In this document: piece by piece, positions 45,129 to 60,029 of the stretch | How the letters are laid out: each line of letters opens with the position of its first letter | Position numbering within the stretch: position 1 is the first letter of the stretch | Source of the DNA: the human T2T-CHM13v2.0 reference genome, Homo sapiens | NCBI RefSeq assembly: GCF_009914755.1 | Contig: NC_060938.1 | Length of the DNA: 64,000 bases | Direction: 5' to 3' (one strand) | The notes under the pieces: generated by a model | What the model was told of the DNA's origin: nothing | The model's database searches: none | What the model saw: only the letters and a program-made list of their open reading frames with translations | Program-made: the position numbers and the translations under genes

Positions 45129-46234
45129 ATTCATTAGTATGACTGATATTTTGACTTCAGAGTGAAAGATGCGAGAGATATGCAGATGATCTTTAAGTAT
45201 CTATAAGATTCTGTGTACAACCAGAGAGAAAGACTACGTAAATAATTCAGAATTCAATCAGGCAGTAAAGAGATTAGTTGAACAGAGTTATCAGCAACCT
45301 CAGTGGAAGGCTGTAGACTTAAATCAGATGGAAGAATTGGGTAACTTGTAATTTGAACCCAGGAGAAATGAACCCCATTTGAAGGGTTTATACTTGGAGT
45401 CCCTGTTGTCACGGCAACTATGAAAGGAGCTCATAGTTTCTATTGCTGACAAGGGGAGAATCATGCTGGATATACAGCTCCCAGGTTCAGATTTCTTAAC
45501 CTCTGGTCTCTCAAGATGATAAAACCCAGCTTGCTAGCAGTGGTAAAACTGTCCTCTTTGCAAGTAGTATGTTTCCAATCTCATAGAATTTTAGAATGTA
45601 ATATATTCTAAAGAAAATAAAACTCATATTATTGATACTTGTGTGTTACATTTAGGATAATTTAGGTCAATCTGGATTCTACATTGACATATTAGGCTAT
45701 TTGGCAGATTAGCCTTGTGATTTCAATTTGGAATGTGTATGAATAATTGACTTTTAGAATGAGAGCTTTATTTTGAGATGTGTAAGATAATTTGACCAAA
45801 TCTGAAAATAGTATTAGAATGTTTAAATAAGGTGAGCTACACTATATTTATAGGTTTAACTTACTAGATTTGTAAGAATTGTGAAAGTAACAGAAAGGGT
45901 TTTCTTATTAAGATAGGCATTTTTTAAGGCTTTGAAGAAAATTAAATTTTTAAAATTTATAAGTGGATTTTATTTCCTTTAAGAGAATATAAGTTGTAAA
46001 TAGGGCTAGTTTTTAAAGAGTTTAGTCTATAAAACTTAAGTTACTCAAATAATTTTTTACAAAGTAAAATGATTGTTCTTATTTTCTACACATATAAAAA
46101 GAAAACAAAGATTTGTAAGTTGCACTTAACGGCTTGGAGAGAATTAAATTTTAAAATTTTTCGCCATAATAAATTGATATTCATTTTTAAATACATTGTT
46201 TCTCTGTACACAAATTATTTTCGCTGTACAGAGA
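45129..46234 (+). other. Unidentified ~1.1-kb insert within L1ME (possible old retrocopy fragment)
   Basis: L1 text duplicated at both edges (tctaggcaga / tctaggtaga); purine-rich first half, AT-rich second half with AATAAA. Confidence 0.4.
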
Positions 46235-47831
46235 TTATTTCCTTAGTTTGTCTAGGTAGATGATCATTTCATATGAAATAATGTCAGTTTTGTCATTGAT
46301 ATGTCATTTATGCCTTTTGTCAGTTTTGTCATTTATACTTTTTACACCTGCTTCTTGTTTGTACACTGGCCAAAACCTGAGTGGTAATGGTGGCTGTCCA
46401 TGTTTTATTCCTGATTATGGTAATATTTCACCATTAAGTATGAGGTATGCTATCAGTTCTTGAATATAAGTTTTGCCTCATCAAAGATATTTTTCTATTT
46501 CTAGTTTAAACAACTTTTAAAATCATAAACAAATATTGATTTTGAAATACACTTTTTTCAGCCTCTGTTGAAAAGACCAAAATCTTTTTCACTTTAATCT
46601 GCTAACAGAGAATTACATTAATACATTTTCTCATACTGAAACTTTAGTAAAGTAAATCCTAACAGGTCATAATATATTAACATACCATTGAATTTTACTT
46701 GGAAATTAAAATTTTTTTTACATTTATGTTCATAAATGAAATCAGTCTATAATTGTATCATATGTTATCTCTGGATTTTTCTTTTTCATTTTTAATGAAC
46801 TTTATTTTTCAGAGTGGGCTAAGGTTCACAGCAAAATTGAGCAGAAAGTACAGAGAGTTTCCATGTACTCTCTGTCTGCACATATGCACAACCTCCCCTA
46901 CGACTGACACCTTGCACCACAGTGGTACATTTGTTACAATCAGTGAACCTAGGTTGACATGTAACTGTCACGCAAAGTCCATAGTTTACATTAGGGTTTA
47001 CTCTTGGTGTTGTACATTCTATGGATTTTGACAACTGTATAATGACATGTATCCACCATTGTAGTATCATACAGAATAGTTTCACTGTTCTAAAATTCCG
47101 TGCTCTGCCTACTAATCCCTCCCTCCCCTCTAACGCCTGGCAATCATTAATCTTTTTACTGTCTCTGTACTTTTGTGTTTTCCAGAATGTCATATAGTAG
47201 AATGATACAGTATGTAGCCCTTCCATATTGACTTCTTTCACTTAGTAATATACACTTAAGTTTCCTCCATATCTTTTCATGGCTTGATAGCTCATTTCTT
47301 TTTAGTGCTGAATAATATTCAATTGTCCGAATGTTCCACAGTTTTTTTAATCCATTCACCTACTGAAGGACATCTTGGTTGTTTCCAAGTTTTGGCAATT
47401 ATGTATAAGGCTGTTATAAACATCTATGTTTAGGTTTTTCTAAACATGTTTTCAATTCATTTGGGTAAATACCAAGGAGTAAAATTACTGGATCATATGA
47501 TAAGAGTACGTTTAGTTTTCTGAGAAACTGCCAAACTATCTTTCAGAGTGGCTATAGCATTTTTCATTCCCAACTGCAATGAATGAGAGTTCCTGTTGCT
47601 CCATATTCTTGGCAGCATTTGGTGTTGTCAGTGTTTTGGATTCAGACCATTCTAATGGGTATGTAGTGGTATCTCATTATTGTTTTAACTAGCAATTCTC
47701 TAGTGACACATGCTGTTGAGCATCTTTTCATACGCTTGCTTGCCATCTGTCTATCTTCTTTGGTGGGATATCTGTTCGGGTCTTTTGCCCATTTTTTAAT
47801 TGGGTTGTTTGTGTTCTTATTGTTGAGTTTT

Positions 47832-48126
47832 TGTTTTATTTTGTTTTTTTTGAGACGGAGTTTTGCTCTTGTCACCCAGGCTGGGGTGTAATGGTGCAAT
47901 CTCAGCTCACTGCAACCTCCACCTCCTGGGTTCAAGTGATTATCTAGCCTTGCCTCTTGAGTAGCTGGGATTACAGGCATGTGCCACCATGCCCAGCTAA
48001 TTTTTGTATTTTTAGTAGAGATGAGGTTTCATCATGTTGGCCAGGCTGGTCTTGAACTCCTGACGTAAGGTGATCCACCCGCCTCAGCCTCCCAAGGGAT
48101 TACAGGCATGAGCCACCACACCCAGC
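47832..48126 (-). mobile_element. AluS (Sq/Sx-like)
   Basis: TSD ttattgttgagtttt on both sides. Confidence 0.94.
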
Positions 48127-49164
48127 TTATTGTTGAGTTTTAAGAGTGCTTTGTATATTTCAGATAACAAACCATTAACAGATGTGTCTTTTGCAAATGT
48201 ATTCTCCCTGTCTATGGCTTGTCATTTCATTCTCTTGACACTGTCTTCCCCAGAGAAAAAGGATTTAATTTTAATGAAGCTTAGCTTATTAATTATTTCT
48301 TTCATGGATCATGCTTTAGGCGTATGAAAAAGATCATTGCTATATCCAAGGTCATCCAAATTTTCTCCTGTATTATCTTCTAGGAGCTTTATAGTTTTGC
48401 ATTTTATATTCAGGTCTATGATCCGTTTTGAGTTAATTCTTATAAGGGGTATAAGGTGTATTCTAGATTCTTTTTTTTGAGGGGGGGATGTCCAGTTCTT
48501 CCAGCATTGTATGTAGAAAAGACTTTCACTGCTTCATTGTATTGGCTTCATTCTTTTGTCAAAAATCAGTTTACAATATTTATGTGGGTGAGGGTCTATT
48601 TCTGGCCTCTCTATTTTGTTCCATTGATCTATTTGGCTATTTTTTTCACTAATACCACACCCTCTTGATTAATGTAGCTTTATAAGAAGTTTTGAATTCA
48701 AGTAATGTCAGTCCTCCAACTTTATAATTCTATTTCAATATTATGTTGGCTATTCTGGGTCTTTTGCCTCTTGATATAAATATTATAATCAGTTTTTCAA
48801 TACCCAGAAAATAACTTGCTGGGATTTTGACCAGGATTGTGTTGAATCCAGAGATCAAGTTGGGAAGAACAGACATTTTGACAATATTGACTCTTTCTAT
48901 CCATAAAATATGGAATATTTCTCCATTCATTTAGTTCTTTGCTATCTTTTATCAGAATTTTTTAGTTTTCTTCATACAGATCTTGTACATACTTTGTTAG
49001 ATTTACACCTTAGTATTCCCTTTTTTGAGGGTGCTACTAGAGATGATAATGTGTTGTTAATTCCAAACTCCACTTGTTTATTGCTGTATATAGAAAAGCA
49101 ATTGACTTTTATATATTAGCCTTGTACCCTGCAACCTTGTAATAATCACTTATTAGTTCCAGAA

Positions 49165-49255
49165 GGTGGTGGTGGTTGTGGCAGCGGTGGTGGTGGCAGC
49201 GGTGGTGGTGGCGGCGGTGGTGGTGGTGGTGGTGGTGGTGGTGATGGTGACGGTG
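49165..49255 (+). repeat. (GGT)n/(GGC) trinucleotide repeat
   Basis: About 30 triplets, mostly GGT with GGC/AGC/GAT interruptions. Confidence 0.95.
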
Positions 49256-50020
49256 TTATTGATTCTTTTGGATTTTCTATATGGACAATCATGTTACCTG
49301 TGAACAAAGAGAGTATTACTTCATTCCCAATCTGTTTCATTTCCTTTTCTTGTTTTATTGGCTTAGCTAGAACTTTCAGTATGATGTTGAAAAGCAGTGG
49401 TGAGAGAGGAAGGACATCCTTGCCTTTCTCCTGATCTTACTGGAAAAGCCTTGAGTTTGTCAACATGATGTATGATGTTAACCGCAGGGTTTTTAAAAAA
49501 TGTTTTCTAAAATCAGGTTGAGGTAGTTCCCTTCAATTACTAGTTTGCTGAGAGTATTACTCTATCATGAATGAGTGTTAGATTTTGTTAAATGCTTTTT
49601 CTGTATCTATTGGTATGTTCATGCCATATTTCTTCTTTAGCTTATCATTGTGATAAATTACGTTAACTGATTTTTGAATGTTGAACGAACCTTGCATACC
49701 TGGGTTAAACCTCAATTAGTTGTGGTGTTTAATTCTTTTTATACACCATTGAATTAGATTTGCTAATATTTTGTTAATAATTTTTGCGTCTATGTTCATG
49801 AGAAATATTGGTCTGTAACTTTTTTGTAGTGTCTTTATCTGGCCTTGGTATTACATTAATGCTGGGATCATAGAATAAAACACTGCTCAAAGAAATCAGC
49901 GATGACACAAACAAATGGAAAAACATTCCATGCTCATGAATAGAAAGAATCAAAAACAAACAGAATATACATTCCTCTCATCTGCACATGGCACATGCTC
50001 TAAAACTGACCACACAGTGA

Positions 50021-50674
<654 letters not shown>

Positions 50675-51122
50675 TAACAATATAATATCGCAACTAGAGG
50701 AACTAGAGAAACAAGAGCAAACCAATCCCAAAACTAGCAGAAGACAAGAAATAACTAAAATCAAAGCTGAGCTGAAGGAAACTGAGACATCAAAAACCAT
50801 GTGGAAGAACAAAGAATCCAGGAATTTATTCTTTGAAAAAAGTTAATATAGACTGCTAGCCAGACTAATAAAAAAGCAGAAGATCCAAATAAACACAATC
50901 AGAAATGACAAAGGGGACACTACCACGGACCCGAAAGAAATACAAAAACCCCTCAGAGACTACTGTGAACAGCTGTATGCACACAAGCTAGAAAACCTAA
51001 AAGAAATGGATAAATTCCTGCAAACATACAGTCTTCCAAGACTGAACCACAAAGAAATTGAATCCTCAAACAGACCAATAATGAGTTCTAAAACTGAACC
51101 AGTAATAAAAAGCCTACCAACC

Positions 51123-51356
51123 AGTGGTTCAGGCCTCCAATCCTAGCACTTTGGGAGGCTGAAGGTGGGCAGATTTCCTGAGCTCAGGAGTTTGAGACCA
51201 GCCTGGGCAACATGGTTAAACCCCGTCTCTACTAAAATACAAAAAATTAGCCAGGTGTGGTGGAGTGCACCAGTAGTCCTAGCTACTTGGGAGGCTGAGG
51301 CACAAGAATTGCTTGAACCTGGGAGGTGACAAAGTGAGACTCTGTCTCCAAAAAAA
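51123..51356 (+). mobile_element. Alu with right-arm internal deletion, no TSD
   Basis: gaacctgggaggtg joined directly to acaaagtgagactc; flanking L1 sequence missing. Confidence 0.88.
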
Positions 51357-53165
51357 GAAGAGCTGGTGCCATTCCTAATGAGACTACTCCAAAAAATTGA
51401 AGAGGAGGGACTCCTCCCCAATTCATTCTATGTGGACAGCATCATGCTGATACCAAAACCTGGCAGAGATACAACAAAAAAAGAAAAGTTCAGGCCAATA
51501 TCCTCTATGAACATAGATAAAAAATTCTCAACAAAATACTAGCAAACTGAATCCAGGAGCACATACAAAAGACAATTCACCACAATCAAGTAGGCTTTAT
51601 CTCTAGGATGCAAGGTTGGTTCAACATATGCAAATCAATAAATGTAATTCATCACATAAACAGAACTAAAAACAAAAAAATGCCTATTTCAATAGATACA
51701 GAAAAGACTTTTGATAAAATTTAACATTGCTTAATGTTAAAAACCCTCAACAAAGTGGGCACTGAATAAACATACTTCAAAATAATAAGAGCTATCTATA
51801 ATAAACCTACAGCTAACATGATACTGGATAGGCAAAAGCTGGAAACATTCCCCTTAAAAACTGGCACAAGACAAAGATGCCCTCTCTCATCACTCCTACT
51901 CATGTAGTACTGGAAGTCCTGGCCAGAGCAATCAGGCAAGAGAAAGAAATAAAAGGCATCCAAATGTAAAGAGAGGAAGTCAAACTGTTGCTATTTGCAG
52001 ACAATATGATTCTATATCAGAAAACCCCATAGTCTCTGCCCAAAGGCTCCTTGATCTGATGAACAACTTCAGCAAAGTTTCAGGACATAAAATCAATGTA
52101 CAAAAATGAATAGCATTCCTATACAACAACAATATTCAAGCTGAGAGCTAAATCATGAACACAATCCCATTCACAATAGCCACAAAAAGAATAAAATACC
52201 TGGGAATACAGGTAATCAGGAAGATGAAAGATCTCTACAATAAAAATTATAAAACTCTGCTCAAAGAAATTAGAGATGACACAAACAAATGGAAAAATAT
52301 TCCATGCTTGGGGACTGGAAGAATCAATATCATTAAAATGGCCATACTACCCAAAGCAATTTACACATTCAATGCTATTTCTATAAAACTACCAATGACA
52401 TTCTTCATAGAATTAGGAAAAACTATTTAAAATTTCATATGGAACAAAAAAAGAGCCTGAAGAGCAAAGGTAATCTTAAGCAAAAGGAACAAAGCTGGAG
52501 GCATCACATTACCCAACTTCAAACTATACTACAAGCTTACAGTAACCAAAATAGCATGGTACTGATACAAAACAGACATATAGACCAATGGGACAGAATA
52601 GAGAGACCAGAAATAATGACACACACCTACAACCATCTGACCTTGACAAAATCAACAAAAACAAGCAATGGGGAAAGGACTCCCTATTTAATAAATGGCG
52701 CTGGGCTAACTGGCTAGCCATTTGCAGAAAATTGAAACTGGACCCCTTCCTCACATCATATACAAAAATTAACTCAAGATGGATTAAAGACTTAAACATA
52801 AAACCAAAACTGTAAAAACCCTGAAAGATAACCTAGGAAATACCATTCTGGACAGAACATTTGGCAAAGATTTCATGAGTAAGATGCCAAAACCAATTGC
52901 AACAAAAACAAAAACTGACAAATGAGATACAGTTAAACAAGAGCTTCCAAACAGCTAAAGAAACTATCAACAGAGCAAACAGACAACATACAGAATGGGA
53001 GAAAATATTTCAAATTATGCATCCAACAAAGGTCTAATCTCCAGAATCTATAAGGAATTTAAACAAGTTAACAAGCAAAAACAACCCCATTAAAAAGTGG
53101 GTAAAGGACATGAACAGAAGACGAAAGAAGACATACATGCAGCCAACAACCATATGAAAAAATGC

Positions 53166-54208
53166 CAAATACTTAAAGCCAACTGATCTTCGACAAAGCA
53201 TGCAAGCACATAAATTGGGGAAAGGACATCCTATTCAATAATGGTGCTGGGAAGACTGGCAAGCCACATTTAGAAGAATGAAACTGAATCCTCATCTTTC
53301 ACCTTATACAAAAATCAACTCAAGATGCATCATAGACTTAAATCTAAGACCTGAAACCATAAAAATTCTAGAAGATAATATCAGAAAAACTCTTCTAGAC
53401 ATTGGCTTAGGCAAATAATTCATGATTAAGATGTCAAAAGCAAATTCAACAAAACCAAAAATAAATAAAATGAGTTCTAATTAAACTAAAAGGCTTCTGC
53501 ACAGCAAATAATAATAATAATAATCAGCAGAGTAAACAGACAGCTCACAGAGTGTGAGAAAATATTCACAAATTATGCATCTGACAAAGGACTAATATCC
53601 AGGATCTACAAAGAACTCAAATGAATCAGCAAGAAAAAAAAACCACAAATAATCCCATCAAAAAGTGGCAAAGGACATAAATAGACAATATCAAAAGAAG
53701 ATATATGAACAGCCAACGAACATATGAAAAAATGCTCAATATCAGTAATTATCAGGGAAATAAAAATTAAAATCACAGTGAGATACCACCGTACTCCTGC
53801 AGGACTGGCCATAATTAAAAAGTCAAAAAATAATAGATGTTGGCGTGGATGTGGTATAAAGGGAAGACTTTTACACTGCTGGTGGGAATGTAAACTAGTA
53901 CAACCACTATGGAAAACAGTACGGAGATTCCTTAAAGAACTAAAAAGAGAACTACCATTCGATCCAGCAATCCCACTACTGGGTATCTACCCAAATGAAA
54001 AGAAGTCATTATATAAAAAAGACACACGCACACACATGTTTATAGCAGCACAATTTGCTATTGCAAAAACATGGAACCAACCTAAGTGCCCATCAACCAA
54101 TGAGTGGATAAAGCAAATGTGGTATATATACAGCATGGACTACTACTCAGCCAGAAAAAGGAATAAAATAACCTCTTTTGCAGCAACTTGGACGGATTTG
54201 GAGGCCAT

Positions 54209-54239
<31 letters not shown>

Positions 54240-54816
54240 GAGATGGAATCTCACTTTGTTGCCCAGGCTGGAGTGCAGTGGCACAATCTTGGCTCACTGT
54301 AACCTCCGCCTCCCAGATTCAAGCGATTCTTCTGCCTCAGCCTCCTGAGTAGCTGGGATTACAGGCACGTGCTACCACGCCTGGCTAATTTCTGTATTTT
54401 TAGTACAGATGTGGTTTCATCATGTTGGCCAGGCTTGTCTCAAACTTCTGACCTCAGGTGATCTGCCTGCTTTGGCATCCCAAAGTGCTGGGATTACAGG
54501 TGTGAGCCACCACGCCTGGTGGAGGGCATTATTCCAAGTGAAGTAACTCAGGAAGGGAAACTCAAATATCATTTGTTTTCACTTACAAGTGGGAGCTAAG
54601 CTACAATGATGCAGAGGCATAAGAATGATATAATGGACCTTGAGGACTCGAGGGGGAAGCCTGAGAGGGGGATGAGGGATCAAAGACTACATATTGGGTA
54701 CTGTGTACACTGCTCAGGTGATGGGTGCATCAAAATCTCAGAAATCACCACTAAAGAACTTCTCATGTAACCAAAAACCACCTGTATCCCAAAAACTATT
54801 GAAATTGAAAAAAAAA
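53166..54816 (+). mobile_element. 5'-truncated L1PB1/2-like LINE nested in the L1PA16-like element
   Basis: ORF2 restarts upstream of where the host stopped; L1PB 3' UTR (gagctaagctac...aaatcaccactaaagaac) and A tail; host resumes at 54817. Confidence 0.82.
54211..54519 (-). mobile_element. AluSx-like
   Basis: T29 tail; TSD tggaggccatt / tggagggcatt. Confidence 0.94.
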
Positions 54817-56644
54817 TATTCAAAATCACTAATTATTAGGGAAATGCAAATCAAAACCACAGTGAGATACCATTTCATATCAGTCAGAATGGCTATTATG
54901 AAAAAGTCAAAAAAATAAAAGACGCTGACAAGGTTGTGGAGGAAAGGGAATGCTTGTATACTGCTGGTGGGAATGTAAATTAGTTCAGCCATTGTGGAAA
55001 GCAGTTTGGCAATCTGTCAAAGAACTCAAAGCAGAATTACCATTCAACCCAGCAATCCCATGATTGGGTATATATACCCAGGAGAATATCAATTGTTCTA
55101 CCCTAAAGACACACACACACACATGTTCATCACAGCAATATTCACAATAGCAAAGACATGGAATCAACCTAAATGCCTATCAGCAGTTGACTGGATAAAG
55201 AAAATGTGGTATATATATATACACCATGGAACACTATGCAGCCACAAAAAAGAATGACATCATGTCCTTTGCAGCAACATGGAGGCCATTATCCTAAGCG
55301 AACTAACAAAGGAACAGAAAACCAAATACTGCATGTTCTGACTTACAAGTGGGAGCTAAACATTGAGCATATAAGGACACAAAGAAGGGAACAACAGACA
55401 CTGGGGCCTACTTTAGGGTGGAGGGAGAGAGGAGCCAGAGGATCAAAAAACTACCTATTGGGTACTACGCATATTACCTGGGGGATGAAATAATCTGTAC
55501 ACCAAACCTCCATGACACGCAAATTATCTATACAAAAAATCTGCACATGTACCCCGAACCTAAAATAAAAGTTTGAAGAAAAAAAGAAATTGTTTTTTCT
55601 ACTTCTAACTTCTAAGAGAGATTGCAGAGAAATTGTAAGATTTCTTCCTTACACAGTGGAATTCAACAGTGAATTCATTTGGGCTGGTGCTTTCTGTTTT
55701 GAAAGCTTATTAATTATTCATTAAATTTCTTTGATATAAGCCTGCTCAGATTGTCTATTTCTTCTTGGGTAGGTTTTAACAGATGGTGTCTTCCAAAGAT
55801 TTGTCGATTTCATGTAGGATATTAAATTCATGGGCATGTAGTAGTCCATAGTATTCCTTTATTGTCATTTTAATGTCCATGGGATCTGTCCTTTTCCCTT
55901 CTTTCATTTCCGTAATTTGTGGTCTCTCTCTTATCTTCTTAGAAGTTGCACATAATTCTTGCCTTTGCTCTTCAAGGGGGGTTAAGTGTTTATTACCTCT
56001 GGCTTCTTTCAAGATCTTTTCTTTAACTTTGATTTCTGAAGTTTGAATATAATATGCCTAGATGTCAGGTTTCTTTGGCCATTTATCCCGTTCAGTGCTC
56101 TCTAAGCTTCCTTGGCCTGTGATTTGGCGTCTGACATTAATTTGGGGGAAACTCTCACTGATTATTGCTTCACCTATTACATCTGTCCCTTTCTCTGCTT
56201 CTCCTTCTTGTACTCACATTATACAGAGTTAACATCTTTTGTAGTTGGGCCACAGTTCTTGGATATTCTGTTTTGTTTCTTTTCCCAATCTTTCTTTTCT
56301 TTACTTCTCAGTTTTGGAAGTTTCTATTGTTACTTCCTCAAGTTCAGGGATTCTTTCATCAAGCTGGTAATGAGCCTATCAAAGGCATTCTTCATTTCTG
56401 ATACAATGTTTTGATCTCTAGCATTTCTTTTTTATTCCTTCTAATATATATGCTTAAATTATCTATCTGTTTTTGCATTTTAAAACAGTTTGAATTAGTG
56501 ACAGTTTTCCACTAAAGCCCTTGGCATACTAATCAGAGTTTTAAAAAAATTCCTGATCAGATAACTCCAACATTTTTACCATAACGTACTTCTCATTCTG
56601 ATGCTTGTTTGGTCTCTTCAATCTGGTTTTTTAAAAAATCTTTT

Positions 56645-56780
56645 ATGATTATTATTATTATCTTTAGAGACAGGGTCTCACTATGTTGCCTAGTCTGGCC
56701 TTGAACTCCTGGACTCAAGTGATCCTCCCACCTCAGCCTCTTAAGTAGCTGGGAATACAGGCACGCACCATTGCCCCTTG
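56645..56780 (-). mobile_element. FLAM-like Alu monomer
   Basis: Reverse monomer text. Confidence 0.8.
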
Positions 56781-57739
56781 CTTTACCTTTTAGTATGCCT
56801 TGTACTTTTTTATTGAAAGGTAGACCTGCTGTATTGAGTAAAAGGAACTGCAGTAAATAGGCTGTTAGTAATGTAGTGGCAAGGGGAAGCATTCTACAGT
56901 CTTATAATCAGGTCTCAGTCTTTGGGTGAGCCTCTGCCCCTGGACTGTGAATTTCAGCAGTGTTTCTCAATTTTGTTTTTTCCACCTTAGGTGGGACAGG
57001 ATGGCTAAAGGGAATTGGCATTGGGTATTTTCCTTCCCCTACATGGAAAGCTAGAGTTGGCTACAACTCTATGGATATTTGTATTCCCCCAGGTTGGTTA
57101 CTCTGATAATATGCCAGCAGACTGGCTCTGATAAAATAGCTTCTCTTCAGGGAAGGCCTTGCTAAAAAGAGCAGAATGCACTGGCATATTTTAAAATGGT
57201 TTCTTGTCTCCTTCCCCAGCGGAAACACGAGAGGCTTTTTCTCTGATATTCACTGTTAGGACCTGGTAGAGTTCCTGGAGGCAGAACAAAATTGTGAGAA
57301 CCTTTCCTCACAACCCCACTGCACCCTCTCCCCCGGAAGATTGGAAGTCCCCTAGAGTTTGTAATTTTCACAGTTGTCCACATTGGGCCTCTGGTAATGC
57401 TTCACTTTCAGTGTATGTTTTCCTACACTGGTACTCGTTGCCACAGAGGTGTATGCTCACAGGTTTCTGTTCACACAAGCTGTGATTTTCTGTATCCACC
57501 TGTCAGTCACTCTAATTTGGGGAGGCTGCAGTTAGTCCTGTGACCTCACTTCTCTGATGGGTCTCAGATTGCTGCTGATTTTTCAGTTTATTCAGACTTT
57601 TACTTATTATTAGGACAGAGTGGTGAACTTCTAAGCTCCTTACATGCTGGACCAGAAACAGAAAGTCCCTTGACTAGTTTTATATCAGAGTTTTGCCAGC
57701 CACATAGTATTTTTTCATTTAATTTTTTAAAAGAATATT

Positions 57740-59160
57740 CAAATTTATTTAAATAGGCAGATAAAATTCTATGTATTTATTATTTACAATATAATGTTCT
57801 GAAGTATACACACATTGTGAGATGATAAAATCTAGCTAATTAACATATGCATTACCTCATACTTAACATTTTTGCAGTAAGAACACTTACCATCCACTCT
57901 CTTAGCATTTTTCAAGAATACAATATATCGTCATTAACTATAGTCATCATGCTGTACAATAGATCTTTTGAACTTATTCTGCCTATCTAACTGTACTTTT
58001 GTATCCTTTGACAAACATCTCCGCAACTTCCCCACCAGCCACCTCAACGTCTGGCAACCACCATTCTACTCGCTGTTTCTGCAAGACCAACTTTTTTAGA
58101 TTCCATATATGAGTGAGACCATGTGGTGTTTGTGTTTCTGTGCCTGGCTTATTTCACTTAACATAATGTCCTCCAGGTTTATCCATGTGGTTGGAAATGA
58201 CAGGATTTCCTTCTTTTTACAGCCGAATAATATTTATATATATATATGATATATCTGATATCTGATATATATAAGATATTCATATATACATATGACATAT
58301 ATATCACATTTTCTTTATCCATTCATCTGTTAATGGACATGGGTTGATTCCATATCTTGACTATTGTGAACAGGGGTAAAATAAACATGGGAGTGCTTAG
58401 ATGTCTCCCCAACATACTAACTTTATTTCCTTTGGATATATACCCAACAGTGGGATTATTAAATCATATGGTAGTCTTATTTTTAATTTTCTGAGGAAAC
58501 TATATACTGTCTTCCATAATGGCTGTACTAATTTGCATTCCCTTAGTGTGCAAGGATTCCCTTTTCTCTACATTAGTGTTCTCATCAACACTTATCTTTT
58601 GTCGTTTTGATAATAGCCATTCTAACAGGAGTGAAGTGATATATCACTGTGGTTTTTTTTTATTTGCATTTCCATGATGATTAATGATGCATTTTTTCAT
58701 ATGCCTATTGGTCATTTGCATGTCTTTTGCCTATTTTTAAATTGGGTTGTTTTTTTGCTATTGAGTTGTTTGAATTCCCTATATATTTTGGATATTAACC
58801 CTTGTATTAGAAGTATAATTTGCAAATATTTTCCACTATTCTGTAGACTGTCTCTTTACTCTGTTTCCTTTGCTGTCTTTTTAATTTGATGTAATCTCAT
58901 TTGTCTATTTTTGCTTTTGTCTCCTGTGTTGTTGAGGTCATATCCAAAAAGAGCATTTCCCAGGCCAATATTGTGGGATTTTCCCCTATTTTTTTTTTTT
59001 TAGTAGTTCTATGGTTTTGGGTTTTACATTAATCCATTTTGAGTTGATCTTTGTATATGGTGTGAGGTAAGGGTCTAATTTCATTCTTCTGTATTTGGAT
59101 ATCCAGTTTTCACCACTGTGTGTTCTTGGCACCTTTGTCAAAAATCAACTAGGTGTAAAT
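57740..59160 (-). mobile_element. L1MA-like 3' fragment
   Basis: Antisense L1MA 3' end (ctagctaattaacatatgcattacctcatac...). Confidence 0.75.
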
Positions 59161-59360
59161 GTCATTTAGTTTATATGGCCTAGGAATTATCTAATATTTA
59201 AGAATGTGGTACAATTTGCACGTAAGACTATCTGAACCTGGTGCCTTTTTTCAGAGTGGTAGGCCTTTTACTATCTTTTTTTATTTTATTCCTTTTATTA
59301 GCCTATTTCAGATTTTTTTTTACCTCCTTTAGTTAATTTTGATAATTTGCAGTTACCTAG

Positions 59361-59713
<353 letters not shown>

Positions 59714-60029
59714 TAAAGACAGATTCTTAAATAATTTTTCCTATCTACCATTTTGTTGCCTTTCTCATTCCAAATATTTATTTGCCATTCTCTCTGTATT
59801 AATCTATTAGTGGAATAGCAATAGTTTTTGTCTATTTCATAAGTCTTTTCAATTTATGACCTATAGGTTTTATTGTTAAAATCTTTTTTGTGGTTGTTGT
59901 AGTTTAAAAGTATTTCTGTTTTTGTCTCTATTATGCCTCTCTTCAATTTCGTTTATTTATCTTTTCTAGTTTTATGAGTTGAGTGCTTTAAGGAAGACAA
60001 TTTCATATAAGACTGTTTATTCCAGTAAG

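Noticed and set aside
49146-49340. Polyproline ORF
   Set aside because: Artefact of the (GGT)n microsatellite read on the minus strand
58228-58305. AT-rich quasi-palindromic tract
   Set aside because: Degenerate (TA)n expansion inside L1MA; common
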